A DNA stretch of 32,000 nt, taken from Candidatus Jordarchaeales archaeon (GTDB lineage Archaea; Asgardarchaeota; Jordiarchaeia; Jordiarchaeales; Freyrarchaeaceae). The translations under genes were made by a program, and so were the position numbers. Under the pieces are notes generated by a model. That model ran no database searches. It saw only the letters and a program-made list of their open reading frames with translations, and had not been told where the DNA came from. Within the stretch, counting starts at the first letter, position 1. The number at the start of each line of letters is the position of its first letter. This document shows positions 18,444 through 28,200 of the stretch, in pieces. The DNA lies in contig JAWCFL010000003.1 in assembly GCA_038858525.1 (NCBI GenBank), positions 28,830-60,829 on the forward strand. Reading direction: 5' to 3'.

Positions 18444-18567
18444 TGGTGCGACCGCCGGGATTTGAATTCCCTGGCCACCTTTATGTGGCCTCCCGGGTCA
18501 CAGGCTTGGGGGGCCTGGGTCCTAGACCATTCTAGAGCCCCACGAGGGTTGGCTAGACCACGGTCGC
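18444..18567 (-). tRNA. tRNA-Gly(CCC) with two non-canonical introns (D-loop about 17/17a, 18530-18550, 21 nt; 53/54, 18467-18491, 25 nt); CCA encoded
   Basis: Spliced: GCGACCG UG GUCU AGCCUGGUCU AGGAC C CAGGC CCCCCAA GCCUG UGAC CCGGG UUCAAAU CCCGG CGGUCGC ACCA (78 nt). BHB-like motifs at both introns. Confidence 0.92.
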
Positions 18568-18593
18568 TCAGTATTAGAGGTTGGACGCTCACC

Positions 18594-18607
18594 TTTAAAA
18601 ATTTTCG
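18594..18607 (-). promoter_or_regulatory. BRE/TATA promoter of tRNA-Gly
   Basis: CGAAAAT-TTTTAAA about 27 nt upstream of G1. Confidence 0.6.
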
Positions 18608-18657
18608 ATGTTATGTTTGTGGTTGAACTTGTTGTTTAGTGTTGGAGGGTTTTCGTT

Positions 18658-19674
18658 TTGAGGGTTCTTCCAGTGGGTAAGGTTCCTGTTGACGTTTTAG
18701 AGAAGGTTGTTTTTCCACGTGTTGGAGCTAGGAGTGAGCGGGTTATCCTTGGCCCTGCTGTTGGAGAGGATGCTGCTGTAATTGATGCGGGGGATAAGTT
18801 TCTTGTCGTTTCTTCTGACCCAATAACGGGTGCAAGTAGGGATGTTGGGTGGTATGCGGTTCACGTTAATGCCAATGATGTTGCTGTTAGGGGGGCTAGG
18901 CCGCTGTTCTTGACTTTGACTGTGCTTCTTCCGAGGGGGGCGAATGAGGAGCTTTTGGAGGAGGTGATAAAGGGGGCGGATTCCGCTGCTAGGGAGCTTG
19001 GTGTATCGATAGTTGGTGGTCACACCGAGGTTACTCCGTTTTTGGATCATCCGGTGGTTTGTGGTACGATGATAGGGGAGGTTGAGAAGGAGAAGCTTGT
19101 AACCACAGGTGGTGCTAAACCGGGGAATTTGATTGTTGCCACCAAGCATGCAGGGCTTGAGGGGGCTTCGATCTTGGCATGGGAGCGATACGGGGAGCTA
19201 GTTGACGTCGTTGGAAAAGAGGCGCTTGACAGGGCTAAGAGGTTCTCTGAGGAGCTGAGTGTTGCGCGTGAGGCGCTAGCCCTTAATGAGAAGTGTAGAG
19301 TTATGGCTATGCATGACCCAACGGAGGGAGGAGTTATTGGGGGTTTGATTGAGCTGGCCATAGCCTCAAAAGCAGGTTTTTGTGTTGAGGTGAAAAACAT
19401 CCCCGTCTCTGAGGAGACAAGGAAAATTTGTGAGGCGCTGTCAGTCAACCCTCTTAGGCTAATATCTAGTGGAGTGCTGCTGGCGGCCATTGAGAGAGAA
19501 GATGTTGAGGTGGCAGCTGAGGTGCTCAATGGTTTAGGTGTGCGGTGGAGTATAATAGGCGAGGTTACTGAAAGAGGTAAAATAGTAATAGGGGAGCAGG
19601 GGGCTGTAGAGGTTGGTGGCGAAATTGTTGAAGAGTTATGGGAGGCGCTCAGGAGGCCTGTTGTGCGGCGTTAA
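18658..19674 (+). CDS. AIR synthase-related (HypE/ThiL/SelD superfamily) protein
   Basis: GPAVGEDAAVI, SSDPIT, NANDVA, IVGGHTEV, MHDPTEGG and LRLISSG motifs. TTG start with GGAGG SD. Lacks the HypE C-terminal PRIC. Confidence 0.85.
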   Translation: MRVLPVGKVPVDVLEKVVFPRVGARSERVILGPAVGEDAAVIDAGDKFLVVSSDPITGASRDVGWYAVHVNANDVAVRGARPLFLTLTVLLPRGANEELLEEVIKGADSAARELGVSIVGGHTEVTPFLDHPVVCGTMIGEVEKEKLVTTGGAKPGNLIVATKHAGLEGASILAWERYGELVDVVGKEALDRAKRFSEELSVAREALALNEKCRVMAMHDPTEGGVIGGLIELAIASKAGFCVEVKNIPVSEETRKICEALSVNPLRLISSGVLLAAIEREDVEVAAEVLNGLGVRWSIIGEVTERGKIVIGEQGAVEVGGEIVEELWEALRRPVVRR

Positions 19675-19744
19675 GCTGTGAACGGAGAATTTTTATTTCT
19701 GAAGGGAGAGGTGGATGAGTTAGTAGAGGAGTGAAGGGATTTTC

Positions 19745-20605
19745 ATGAAAGTTAAGGTTAGCGGAGAAACCATGAAGCTGTGGGAAGAATTTGTGACGCC
19801 CTTCCTGCCCAAGGAACACTTCCTCTATAAGCCTTATACCGAGTACACGTTTAGAGGCGTCGAGAGAGGAAACGAAATAGTGGAGCTTTTTAATTATGTG
19901 AAGATCCCGGTTGGAGGAAAACTGGCGCTTGACCTAGGGCTTGGTTCGGGCGGAATATCGATAGCTTTCTCCATGAGGGGGGCGAAGGTTGTAGGCATAG
20001 ATGTGGAGAAGCACTACCCTAGGATAGCACACTCTTGGGCGAGAGATAACAACGTGGAGTTAGATGCCATATTGGCGAGCGGAGCGAGCCTGCCCTTCAA
20101 GGACGAAGCGTTCGACATCATAATATGCAATGACGTAATAGAGCACGTGAAAGAGGCGGAGAAATGCTCTGAGGAAATAAGTAGAGCTCTTAAGTGTGGT
20201 GGCGCCCTCTACATAACATGTCCTAATAGGATTGCGCCTTTAATAGTTGCGAGGGATGGACATTATGGTCTTCCTCTCCAATCGCTCATGCCGAAGAAGT
20301 TGGCTGATGCTTACGTTAGAGCGGCGAGACGAGCAGTACATGACAACGTTCCCTACCAGCCAACGTTTACAGGGCTGGTAGAGCGCTTCAGGAAGCTTGG
20401 AATAAAGTTATACTCGGTCGAGTTAAGCATGCAGCTTAAATCGTTCTTCGAGCCACGAAGCCAAAAACTATTCTCAAGAATTAAGAGGGTCATCGCCAGA
20501 TACTTTCCCGGAGCAGTGGAAATTTACTCGAAGCACTTTTTCTTGAAATGGTTCACTCCTCTTTGGAGGTTTATAGGAATAAAGAAAGGCAAAAAACAGA
20601 ATTAA
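19745..20605 (+). CDS. class I SAM-dependent methyltransferase
   Basis: ALDLGLGSGG, VVGIDV, LPFKDEAFDIIICNDVIEHV and LKCGGALYI motifs. Confidence 0.88.
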   Translation: MKVKVSGETMKLWEEFVTPFLPKEHFLYKPYTEYTFRGVERGNEIVELFNYVKIPVGGKLALDLGLGSGGISIAFSMRGAKVVGIDVEKHYPRIAHSWARDNNVELDAILASGASLPFKDEAFDIIICNDVIEHVKEAEKCSEEISRALKCGGALYITCPNRIAPLIVARDGHYGLPLQSLMPKKLADAYVRAARRAVHDNVPYQPTFTGLVERFRKLGIKLYSVELSMQLKSFFEPRSQKLFSRIKRVIARYFPGAVEIYSKHFFLKWFTPLWRFIGIKKGKKQN

Positions 20606-20618
20606 AAGGAAAGGATGA

Positions 20619-20753
20619 TGGACCCCGCGGGATTTACTCAACCTTTTTTCTGGGTTTTTGAATTCGCGGCCCTCTTCAGGGCACCCGCGGCCTCCCGGGT
20701 GCAAACCGGGTGCTCATGGCGCCACAGGCTCTACCAGGCTGAGCTAGGGGCCC
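20619..20753 (-). tRNA. tRNA-Ala(UGC) with three non-canonical introns (22/23, 20715-20730, 16 nt; 53/54, 20663-20683, 21 nt; 58/59, 20634-20657, 24 nt); CCA not encoded
   Basis: Spliced: GGGCCCC UA GCUC AGCCUGGUA GAGC A CCCGG UUUGCAC CCGGG AGGCC GCGGG UUCAAAU CCCGC GGGGUCC A (74 nt). G3-U70 Ala identity pair present. BHB-like motif at each intron. Confidence 0.92.
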
Positions 20754-20780
20754 TCATTTAATTCAAACTACTTATGCCAT

Positions 20781-20795
20781 TTTAAATGTTTTCTC
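20781..20795 (-). promoter_or_regulatory. BRE/TATA promoter of tRNA-Ala
   Basis: GAGAAAAC-ATTTAAA about 28 nt upstream of G1. Confidence 0.6.
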
Positions 20796-20831
20796 CCTCA
20801 TTCTTGATGTATTATCTACGTATTACTATCT

Positions 20832-22352
20832 GTGAAAAGAGAGGTTATGGAAGTTTTAATCATGCAACCAGCATTTGGGGAGATTAGCGTTTCCGATTTT
20901 TTCTATAGGCATAGGGAGCTAGCAGGCTTCTCTAACCCGTCTCGCGCAACTTACATGGTTATTCGTGAAGCCGTGGAGAATAGTCTGGATGCTTGTGAGG
21001 AGGCAGGCATCCTTCCAAACATTAAGGTTTCATTGAGCTACACAGGGGATGAGTTGTGCCACTTGAGGGTTGAAGATAATGGGCCTGGAGTACCGCCGAG
21101 CGAGGTTCCTTTCGCTTTCGGCAAGTTTCTTTATGGCTCTAAATTCGGGGTTAGGCAGAGTAGGGGTGTCTTTGGGCTTGGGATCACGATGGCCCTCCTT
21201 TACAGCCAGGTTACGTCGGGTAGGCCAGCAAGGATCATCGTGAGTAATGGAGGAGACATTTTCGAGGTTAAGCTCAGAATTGACATCGAGAAAAACATGC
21301 CATTAGTTGAGGGGAAGAAGCGTCTCGCAAACATGGAGGAGTGGCATGGCTCCATCGTTGAACTCTACTTTAAGGGGGATTATCCTAGGGCTGAGAAGAG
21401 GATCATGGAGTACTTTAAGCTGACGAGCATAGCTTCGCCGCATGCCGAGATAGCGTTCACGGATCCGGCGGGCGACCAACATTTGTTTAGGAGAAGTGTG
21501 GAGAAGGCACCTAAACAGCCAGTGGAGACGCTGCCCCATCCTCATGGGGTGGATGCTGAGATGCTAAGGAGACTCCTAAAAAGGAGTGAGGGGAAAAGTC
21601 TTCTTTCCTTCATGGTTAAGAGCTTTCAGAGAGTCGGGTATGCCACCGCCAGGAAGTTTCTTGAGTCTGCCGGGTTTAGTCCACACCAGCCTACTTCGAC
21701 GCTCACGAACGACGATGTGTTGGAGTTACTGGATGCTATGAGAAAGTATAGTTTTCCTCCACCAGACGCTAGATGCCTTTCCCCTATAGGGGAGGACGCT
21801 TTAAGAGACGCTATTATGAGGATTTTCGAGCCGGAGTTTGTGGCGGTGTGTGAGAGGCCGCCGTCCGTGTATCTTGGGCACCCATTCATAGTGGAGGTAG
21901 CGGTGGCGTATGGATGTAAGGGAATTGAGGGAGAAATTGTCCTTTACAGGTTTGCTAATAGGGTCCCCCTTATTTATGATGCTCATAGCGATGTTTCCAT
22001 GAACGTTTTGAGGAGGTTTAACTGGGGAAGTTATCTGCATGTTCGTCCACAGGCAACAGCGGTTTTCACTCATATATGCTCAACGAGAATACCATTCAAA
22101 ACTGCGGGTAAGGAGTGCATCGCTGACCCACCTGAAGTCGAAAGGGAAATAGAGTTAGCCCTAAAGGAGTGTTGCAGACGCTTAAAAACGCACTTAACTG
22201 GAAGAGTAAGCGTGGAGGAGCGAGGGAGGAGGTTTAACGCATACAAAAAATACCTTCCCAAGATTGCACAGTTTGCCTCTGAGTTGGCTGGCAGAAAAAA
22301 TGCGCCTAACGTATCTCTCATTCTTGAGCGGATCCTGGAGGGGAAAAATTGA
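20832..22352 (+). CDS. top6B: DNA topoisomerase VI subunit B
   Basis: GHKL motifs EAVENSLDA, VEDNGPG, GSKF..RQSRGVFGLG; PHPHGVD; RFANRVPL. Start may be ATG at 20862. Confidence 0.95.
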   Translation: MKREVMEVLIMQPAFGEISVSDFFYRHRELAGFSNPSRATYMVIREAVENSLDACEEAGILPNIKVSLSYTGDELCHLRVEDNGPGVPPSEVPFAFGKFLYGSKFGVRQSRGVFGLGITMALLYSQVTSGRPARIIVSNGGDIFEVKLRIDIEKNMPLVEGKKRLANMEEWHGSIVELYFKGDYPRAEKRIMEYFKLTSIASPHAEIAFTDPAGDQHLFRRSVEKAPKQPVETLPHPHGVDAEMLRRLLKRSEGKSLLSFMVKSFQRVGYATARKFLESAGFSPHQPTSTLTNDDVLELLDAMRKYSFPPPDARCLSPIGEDALRDAIMRIFEPEFVAVCERPPSVYLGHPFIVEVAVAYGCKGIEGEIVLYRFANRVPLIYDAHSDVSMNVLRRFNWGSYLHVRPQATAVFTHICSTRIPFKTAGKECIADPPEVEREIELALKECCRRLKTHLTGRVSVEERGRRFNAYKKYLPKIAQFASELAGRKNAPNVSLILERILEGKN

Positions 22353-23392
22353 GGGATGTTTTAGTTAAACTGGAGGCGCTTGGGGAATCAATTTGCGTCC
22401 AGCTTGAAAACGGGGAGCTACCGTTTATAGACATACCGAGCAGAACAACTTCAAACATAATCTACGACAAGGCAGAGGGAAGATTCGTTCTCGGTGAAGC
22501 GAGAACTAGGAGGACGACTTCAAACGTGAAGCATCTTCGTGCATTCACACAGACAGTTTGGATGGCCTACATGGCTAAGAGGCTCATAGAAGAGGGGAAG
22601 AGCACAACTCTAAGGGACCTATACTATATGGCTGAGTCCTACGGTGTGAAGTTCAAGGACCAACAAGAGTCTGACAGTATAATAGCGGACCTTGAAGCCC
22701 TCCTCGGAGTGCCGAGAGAACAACTGCGAATATTTCCCGAGGAGAGAGCCACAGTCTACGGCGACCTCACAATAAAATATAACGTTCAAGGATACGAAAA
22801 GACGACGCTCAACCTGACCGCAAGCCCTGACGGAGTGGCAATAGGTCCGGCGCTAGCGGGAGCAGAGTTCCAAAATTGCGGAGCCGAAAGGGTGATCATG
22901 GTTGAAAGCGGAGGAATGTTCACTCGCCTAATAGAGGAAAGGGCACATGAAAAGTTTAAAGCGTTACTGATACACACAGCCGGACAAGCCCCCCGCCTAG
23001 CTAGACAATTCGCCTATAGACTGAGAAGGGAGCTAGGGTTGCCAGTATACGTCTTTACGGACGGAGACCCATGGGGGGCGCACATAGCAATGGTGGTAAT
23101 CAGCGGCTCGGCAAATGCGGCCCACGTGGATAGCATAGTAATACCGGACGCCAAATGGATAGGCGTGCTTCCTACAGATATAGAAGAATACAAGCTTCCT
23201 TTCGAAAAGTTCAACGAAAAAGACTGGAAGAGGCTGCACGACCTTATGGCTGACCCAAGATACCAGTCTCCATTCTGGAGGGAACAACTTAAAAGGTTCG
23301 AGGAAGAGGGAAGAAAATCTGAGCAACAAGCCTTAAGCATACATGGATTAAGCTATGTAACCGAAAAGTACCTTCCAGAGAAATTTGCCTAA
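22349..23392 (+). CDS. top6A: DNA topoisomerase VI subunit A
   Basis: TLRDLYY catalytic Tyr, Toprim VIMVESGGMF and TDGDPWG, KSEQQAL. Overlaps the top6B stop. Confidence 0.95.
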   Translation: MRDVLVKLEALGESICVQLENGELPFIDIPSRTTSNIIYDKAEGRFVLGEARTRRTTSNVKHLRAFTQTVWMAYMAKRLIEEGKSTTLRDLYYMAESYGVKFKDQQESDSIIADLEALLGVPREQLRIFPEERATVYGDLTIKYNVQGYEKTTLNLTASPDGVAIGPALAGAEFQNCGAERVIMVESGGMFTRLIEERAHEKFKALLIHTAGQAPRLARQFAYRLRRELGLPVYVFTDGDPWGAHIAMVVISGSANAAHVDSIVIPDAKWIGVLPTDIEEYKLPFEKFNEKDWKRLHDLMADPRYQSPFWREQLKRFEEEGRKSEQQALSIHGLSYVTEKYLPEKFA

Positions 23393-24585
23393 GTCTTTAG
23401 GCTTCTGAGTAGTATCGTGAGAGAGAGAGCCGCCGTCAGTTGGCATGCGACGCAGAAGGAGACCACAAGCCAAGGACCAATTCCCGCTCCTAGGTCGTAC
23501 ATGAATCCCATTGTGAAGCCGCCAATAAGCCAGGCTAATCCGTAAATGGTGTTGAAGACTCCGTAAGCTGTTGCTCGCATCTCTAATGGGGACATGTCGG
23601 CTACCACAGATCTGTAAATGGACTCCTGAGCCCCCATTCCAACACCATACATGAGAATTGCTATCGAAAGTAGCACAACATCGTTTTTAACTGAAAAAAC
23701 TGCTGGTAACGCTGATACCAGTATTATTAGCCAGAAAACTTTCATTTTGAATCGATCGTAGGCAAAGCCCAACGCGACTGCCGTCAAAGCGTCGATTCCC
23801 ATTGCTGCAGCGAAGAGCAGGGGGACAAGCCAAGGCGCAATAATGCCTCCAGCTCTGTAAGCTATAAGGGAATAGTGTAAAAAGCCAACCACGCTGAGCG
23901 CGGCAACAAGGTTATACGTCCAGAAGCGTTTATCCAACTTCCTGAGGGAGACTTTGAACGTTACATGGCGGTCCTCCGCACTAACGTAGCCGCGAAGCCT
24001 AACGTAGGCTACGTAAAGCATCATTAAAGCGGCTAAAGCGGGTATAACTAATATTGAAAATGAAAAACGAAGGTTGTTCATTGAAAAAAACATCACAGCT
24101 GAGACCAATATTGGGCCTAAAACCGCGCCAACTTGGTCTAGTAACTCGTGGAAGCCGAACGCCTTCCCAGTACCTATATCTTTAGCGACCAGTGATATAG
24201 CGGTATCTCTTGATGGGGCCCTCACTGCCTTCCCAAGCCTTTCAGCGAAAACAAGCAAGGCCGCAAGCTCCCATCCTCGAGCGAGGGCTAAAGCAGGTAT
24301 GAAAAGGATGAAACTGTAGCCTAAAGCGAGGAAAAACCAGTATTTGCCGCTGTAATCGGCCAGAAAACCGCTGGGAAAACGCAGAGCGTACCCGATAAGT
24401 TCTCCTAAACCAGTAATTAGCCCGACAATCGCGGCGGAGGCGCCCAGGACCCTCAAGAACTCGGGTATAGCGCTTCTTCCACCTTCATAAACAATATCCG
24501 CTAGAAGACTAACAATCCCGAAGAGGATAACTCCATAATACCCAATCCGCCGCGTTCTCCTATCAGCCAACAAGTTAGCCTCCAT
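23389..24585 (-). CDS. MFS transporter
   Basis: About 12 hydrophobic segments; SGFLADYSG, ERLGKAVRAPSRD and GFAYDRF loops. Confidence 0.9.
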   Translation of the reverse strand: MEANLLADRRTRRIGYYGVILFGIVSLLADIVYEGGRSAIPEFLRVLGASAAIVGLITGLGELIGYALRFPSGFLADYSGKYWFFLALGYSFILFIPALALARGWELAALLVFAERLGKAVRAPSRDTAISLVAKDIGTGKAFGFHELLDQVGAVLGPILVSAVMFFSMNNLRFSFSILVIPALAALMMLYVAYVRLRGYVSAEDRHVTFKVSLRKLDKRFWTYNLVAALSVVGFLHYSLIAYRAGGIIAPWLVPLLFAAAMGIDALTAVALGFAYDRFKMKVFWLIILVSALPAVFSVKNDVVLLSIAILMYGVGMGAQESIYRSVVADMSPLEMRATAYGVFNTIYGLAWLIGGFTMGFMYDLGAGIGPWLVVSFCVACQLTAALSLTILLRSLKT

Positions 24586-24815
24586 TTGTCTCTTAAAAAT
24601 GAAAAGAGACGTTTGAGGAATGAAAATCCCTTAATTGGGTTTTTTAAGTGTTTCGATCCACTTTCTGTTAAGCTACCCAAGATGAAAACCTGTAAAAACA
24701 CTGGGCAAATTCATAATGTAGCCAACGAGCAACTTGAAGGCGGCGGCTTCGAAAAATGAAAATATATCGTAATACTTAAAAAAGACGGAAGCGTTCACCT
24801 TAAAATAGTGAAGCC

Positions 24816-24921
24816 GGGCGGGTAGTCTAGCGGTTATGACTCCCTGATGGAAGTTTTTCAGGGGCAAGAAGCCGCCCTCACACGGCGGAGGCCCCAGGTT
24901 CAAATCCTGGCCCGCCCACCA
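24816..24921 (+). tRNA. tRNA-Val(CAC) with one non-canonical intron (25/26, 24841-24870, 30 nt); CCA encoded
   Basis: Spliced 76-nt cloverleaf: acceptor stem GGGCGGG/CCCGCCC, D arm GUCU-AGCGGUUA-UGAC, anticodon arm CCGCC-CUCACAC-GGCGG, T arm CCAGG-UUCAAAU-CCUGG, 3' ACCA. Confidence 0.93.
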
Positions 24922-24931
24922 CGCACTTCTC

Positions 24932-25240
24932 TTACTTCACATTGACGTTTTGTCTTTCCTGTTGAAGTGGTTGTTGCCCTAGTCCTGTTGGTTTCCAGCG
25001 GGAGCCGTCTTCGTGGTTGCAGGTGACTATTTTCTCCTTTTCCATTATCTTGAGGTGTCTTAGAACAGCGTTGTAGCTTACGCTAAGTTCTTCCGCTATT
25101 TCTCTAGCTGTTTTTGGGCTTGTCATTATGGCTTGTATGATCCTGCTTCTTGTGGATACGCCTTGTTGGACGTTTCTTTTCGTCCTGAGCACTGCTTGCG
25201 GCGTGTGGGGGATTTTCCTCCACTTAGCTATTCGCGTCAT
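24932..25240 (-). CDS. small winged-helix HTH protein
   Basis: TRSRIIQAIMTSPKTAREIAEELSVSYNAVLRHLKIMEKEKIV. Directly downstream of DP2. Confidence 0.8.
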   Translation of the reverse strand: MTRIAKWRKIPHTPQAVLRTKRNVQQGVSTRSRIIQAIMTSPKTAREIAEELSVSYNAVLRHLKIMEKEKIVTCNHEDGSRWKPTGLGQQPLQQERQNVNVK

Positions 25241-25255
25241 GCTTCATCAATTTAA

Positions 25256-28200
25256 TTACATGCTTGTTAGGGTTAATTGTTTTTGCTTTTCGTTTTTCCG
25301 GAAAAGGAGGTTTAGAGTGTCCTGTACGAGCTTTACTCTTTGCACTATGTAGGGTTTGAGGTTGTAGCGTTGGATGAGTTCGAGGGCGTGTGGAAGGTAT
25401 TTCTCAATAGTTGCTTGATGCACTGTGAGGACTAGTTTTCCACCGCATGCTGTGCATACGCCTTTTAATGGTGGTCTTCGGTATTTCTTGTTGCAGTTTA
25501 AGCATCTTACACTTTGTGTAGTGAACGCTTTGAGGTTTCCCACTATGTCTCTGATTATGTGTTTCTGAAGTATTTTTTCCGCCACATCTTGTTCTGTCAC
25601 CGCCCTGATCTTGGAGGCGAGGGATAGCTGGGCTTCGATCTTTTCACTCATTTTTTTCAGTTTCTTGTAGGAGGTGGTTTCAGGGCCTGCGGTTATGTTT
25701 GTTGTTGGATGTGTAAAGCCGAGGCCATAGTACTGCTTTGGAGTCCCCAGTCTATGTGCGACTATGTCCAGTTTTCGTGCTTGTTCATCCGGGTTTGGGA
25801 AGGAGTATGTTGCGTTGAAGAACTCGGGAGGGTAGCTGAAGCTTACGTCTAAGTTGTGTGCTTCGCTGTCCACTTCTAACGGGTTCAGGAAGACCGTAAC
25901 GATGAGGGGAACATCCATCATTCCTCCTCTCTTCTCGGGGAGGTATGCCTTTGAAAAGTTGAGCAAAGCGTCTAGAGCTAGCATTATGGCGTCTTCGTCT
26001 CCGTCGCAGTTCCTTCTCTTTGCGGCGTGCCAGTATGGGTGTGCGAGGCAGACGTTAGCTTTCGTGAATCCCACTATTCTTCCTAGGATTCCGGCGGAGG
26101 TGTGGGGGGCTAGTCCTATCACTAGGTGGCCGACTAGGTCTTCTTCTTTTTCAACTTTGTAGTATGGTTGTTGCCCGTAGAATTTGACGAGAAGCTCGTC
26201 GATGAACTTGGCAACCTTGACGAAGTAGCTGGCGCACTTGAAGGGTATAACTATGTCTTGGGGCTTTAGTTCCAGTATCTGGCTCTCCTCTGTAAGGGGG
26301 ACTCCCTTATAGTCGTGAGTGTATCCGAGTGTTCTCAGTTTCTCAACCGGTACAAATACTTCTTTCGGCGTGAAGTGAGTTAGTGGGGCGTCTGTAGCGT
26401 CAAACCTGATTGTTCCATCTTTGTAAACGTATAGCCCATACTTAGCGCGCAACAACCCCTTCTCAAGCGGTTCAGGCAACTTTGTGGCGCTGGATAAACC
26501 CTTTACTCCCTTAAGTGTCTGGGGAGGAGAATGCATGCTGATGTTCTTCATGGCGGCGGCCAGCTCCGCCTTCAAGTCTATCGTTAATCTACTGTATGGC
26601 TTAGCTTCAGCTCCGCAACTCGGGCAACGTCCATTACTTGTGGGAAGCCCGCACTTGGGACAACCCATAACTTGAACCGTTCTGCAACTGCAACTTTCAC
26701 AGTAAATTTTGAATGTTTCATTTCCGCATTCAGGGCAACGCCTCCTTGAAACTTCAACTTTTATGACGCCGTTCATCGCTGCCTTTGAGACGTCCCTCTC
26801 ACGGCCTCCCTTAAGCTCGACTGGGAAAAGTACGTGTACTGGCGGGCTTAAAGTTCTCTTGTCTGCTTTCTCCGGCCTACCCATCCTCGCCCCTATATAT
26901 ACAGGGGCTTTTGGCTTGACGGGGAAGCCTGCTAGAGCCGTGACGAAGCTGTTAGGTGTGTTGGCGGAGTATACCAAGAGGCTGTTGTGACTTATAGGGC
27001 GCCCCCCCGCCAAGCACGCTGAGAGAATGAACGTCTCGTCTTCCCCCAAAACTAAGTCGTTCCCATCCACTTTGTGGGGAATGCATAGAGTTTCTAGAAG
27101 TTGCTTTATGCGTTGGGAGATTGGAGCCCTTATTGTGGAGCCAACCTTAAAGCGTTCCACGTATTCCTTAAGCTCCAAGATGGAGGGAATATCAACGTCT
27201 TGCCAGTTATATGTGTATCTTGGGTGGAGGGGGACTTTCAGCTTTCTGCTTATATTAACTGCTTCCTGCGCGGTGGGTTTAACTTCGAATGGTTTTTCAA
27301 GCAGTAATCTTAATCGCTCCTCGCTTAAGCCTAAGAGCTGGCTTACACGCTCTGGTCCTCCAAGCTGATTCACCTTTAAAAGTACCTCTTGAGACCACCA
27401 TTCCTCACATATACCTGATGGGAGAAGCACGTGGTTGTTTTCCAAGAACTCGCCAAACCCAACTAGAATGTCGCCTAGAAACAGTAATTTCTCCACTTTG
27501 CCTGACAACGCAATGGCATCCTGAAGACTTTCAACTTTCACCACGCTACCATCCTTTAATCTGACCACTGGGCCCTCTATGCTGTCCACTGGCATAACGA
27601 CCGCGCCCTTGCCCGGCCTCTCCGTTCTTATATGTGTTCCAGGAGCCAAGAATCCGTCGAGAAGCACCATTGTTGCCGGATGTATTCCTACGGCTGCTAG
27701 CCCCGTGTTTCGGGAACGTCCATACCTCAGCCTGAAGCCGCCGACAGCCGAGGGCATAGCTAGAATGGGGCGCCCTGCAACAACATCTGAAAGGTACTTC
27801 TCGCTTGGCGAGATAGCCTCACTCTTTTTTTCTTCCTCTTTCTTATCTTTGGATTTTCCGAGCTCAGACAGCCACTCCCATCCGGTGAGGCCAATCTGCT
27901 CCACGAGCTTCTTAAGCTTCTTGGCTTTCCCTATAATGCCGTCGTTAAGCACCAGTATTGCTCCTCCTCTAAGCTGGTTTGTCTCAACCCGACTCAGGTT
28001 CCTGTGCCCTGAGACCTCAAATGGGTCTGTAGGTTCTCCCGTTACTTCAACCGGTAGATTTCTAGCGGCAAGTCTCACTTCTTGGGGGGATGAGGGATAC
28101 TGAAGGTGGGTGACGCGGCGCTCATAGAGGTCTATTTCTTCGACATAGCGTTCAACTTCTTCTTCTGAAGGCTTATACCTTTCAAGGTGAAGAAGACGCC

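Noticed and set aside
18658-19674. Calling the AIR-synthase-family gene hypE, thiL or selD
   Set aside because: It lacks the HypE C-terminal PRIC, and there is no hyp context or diagnostic residue for a specific name.
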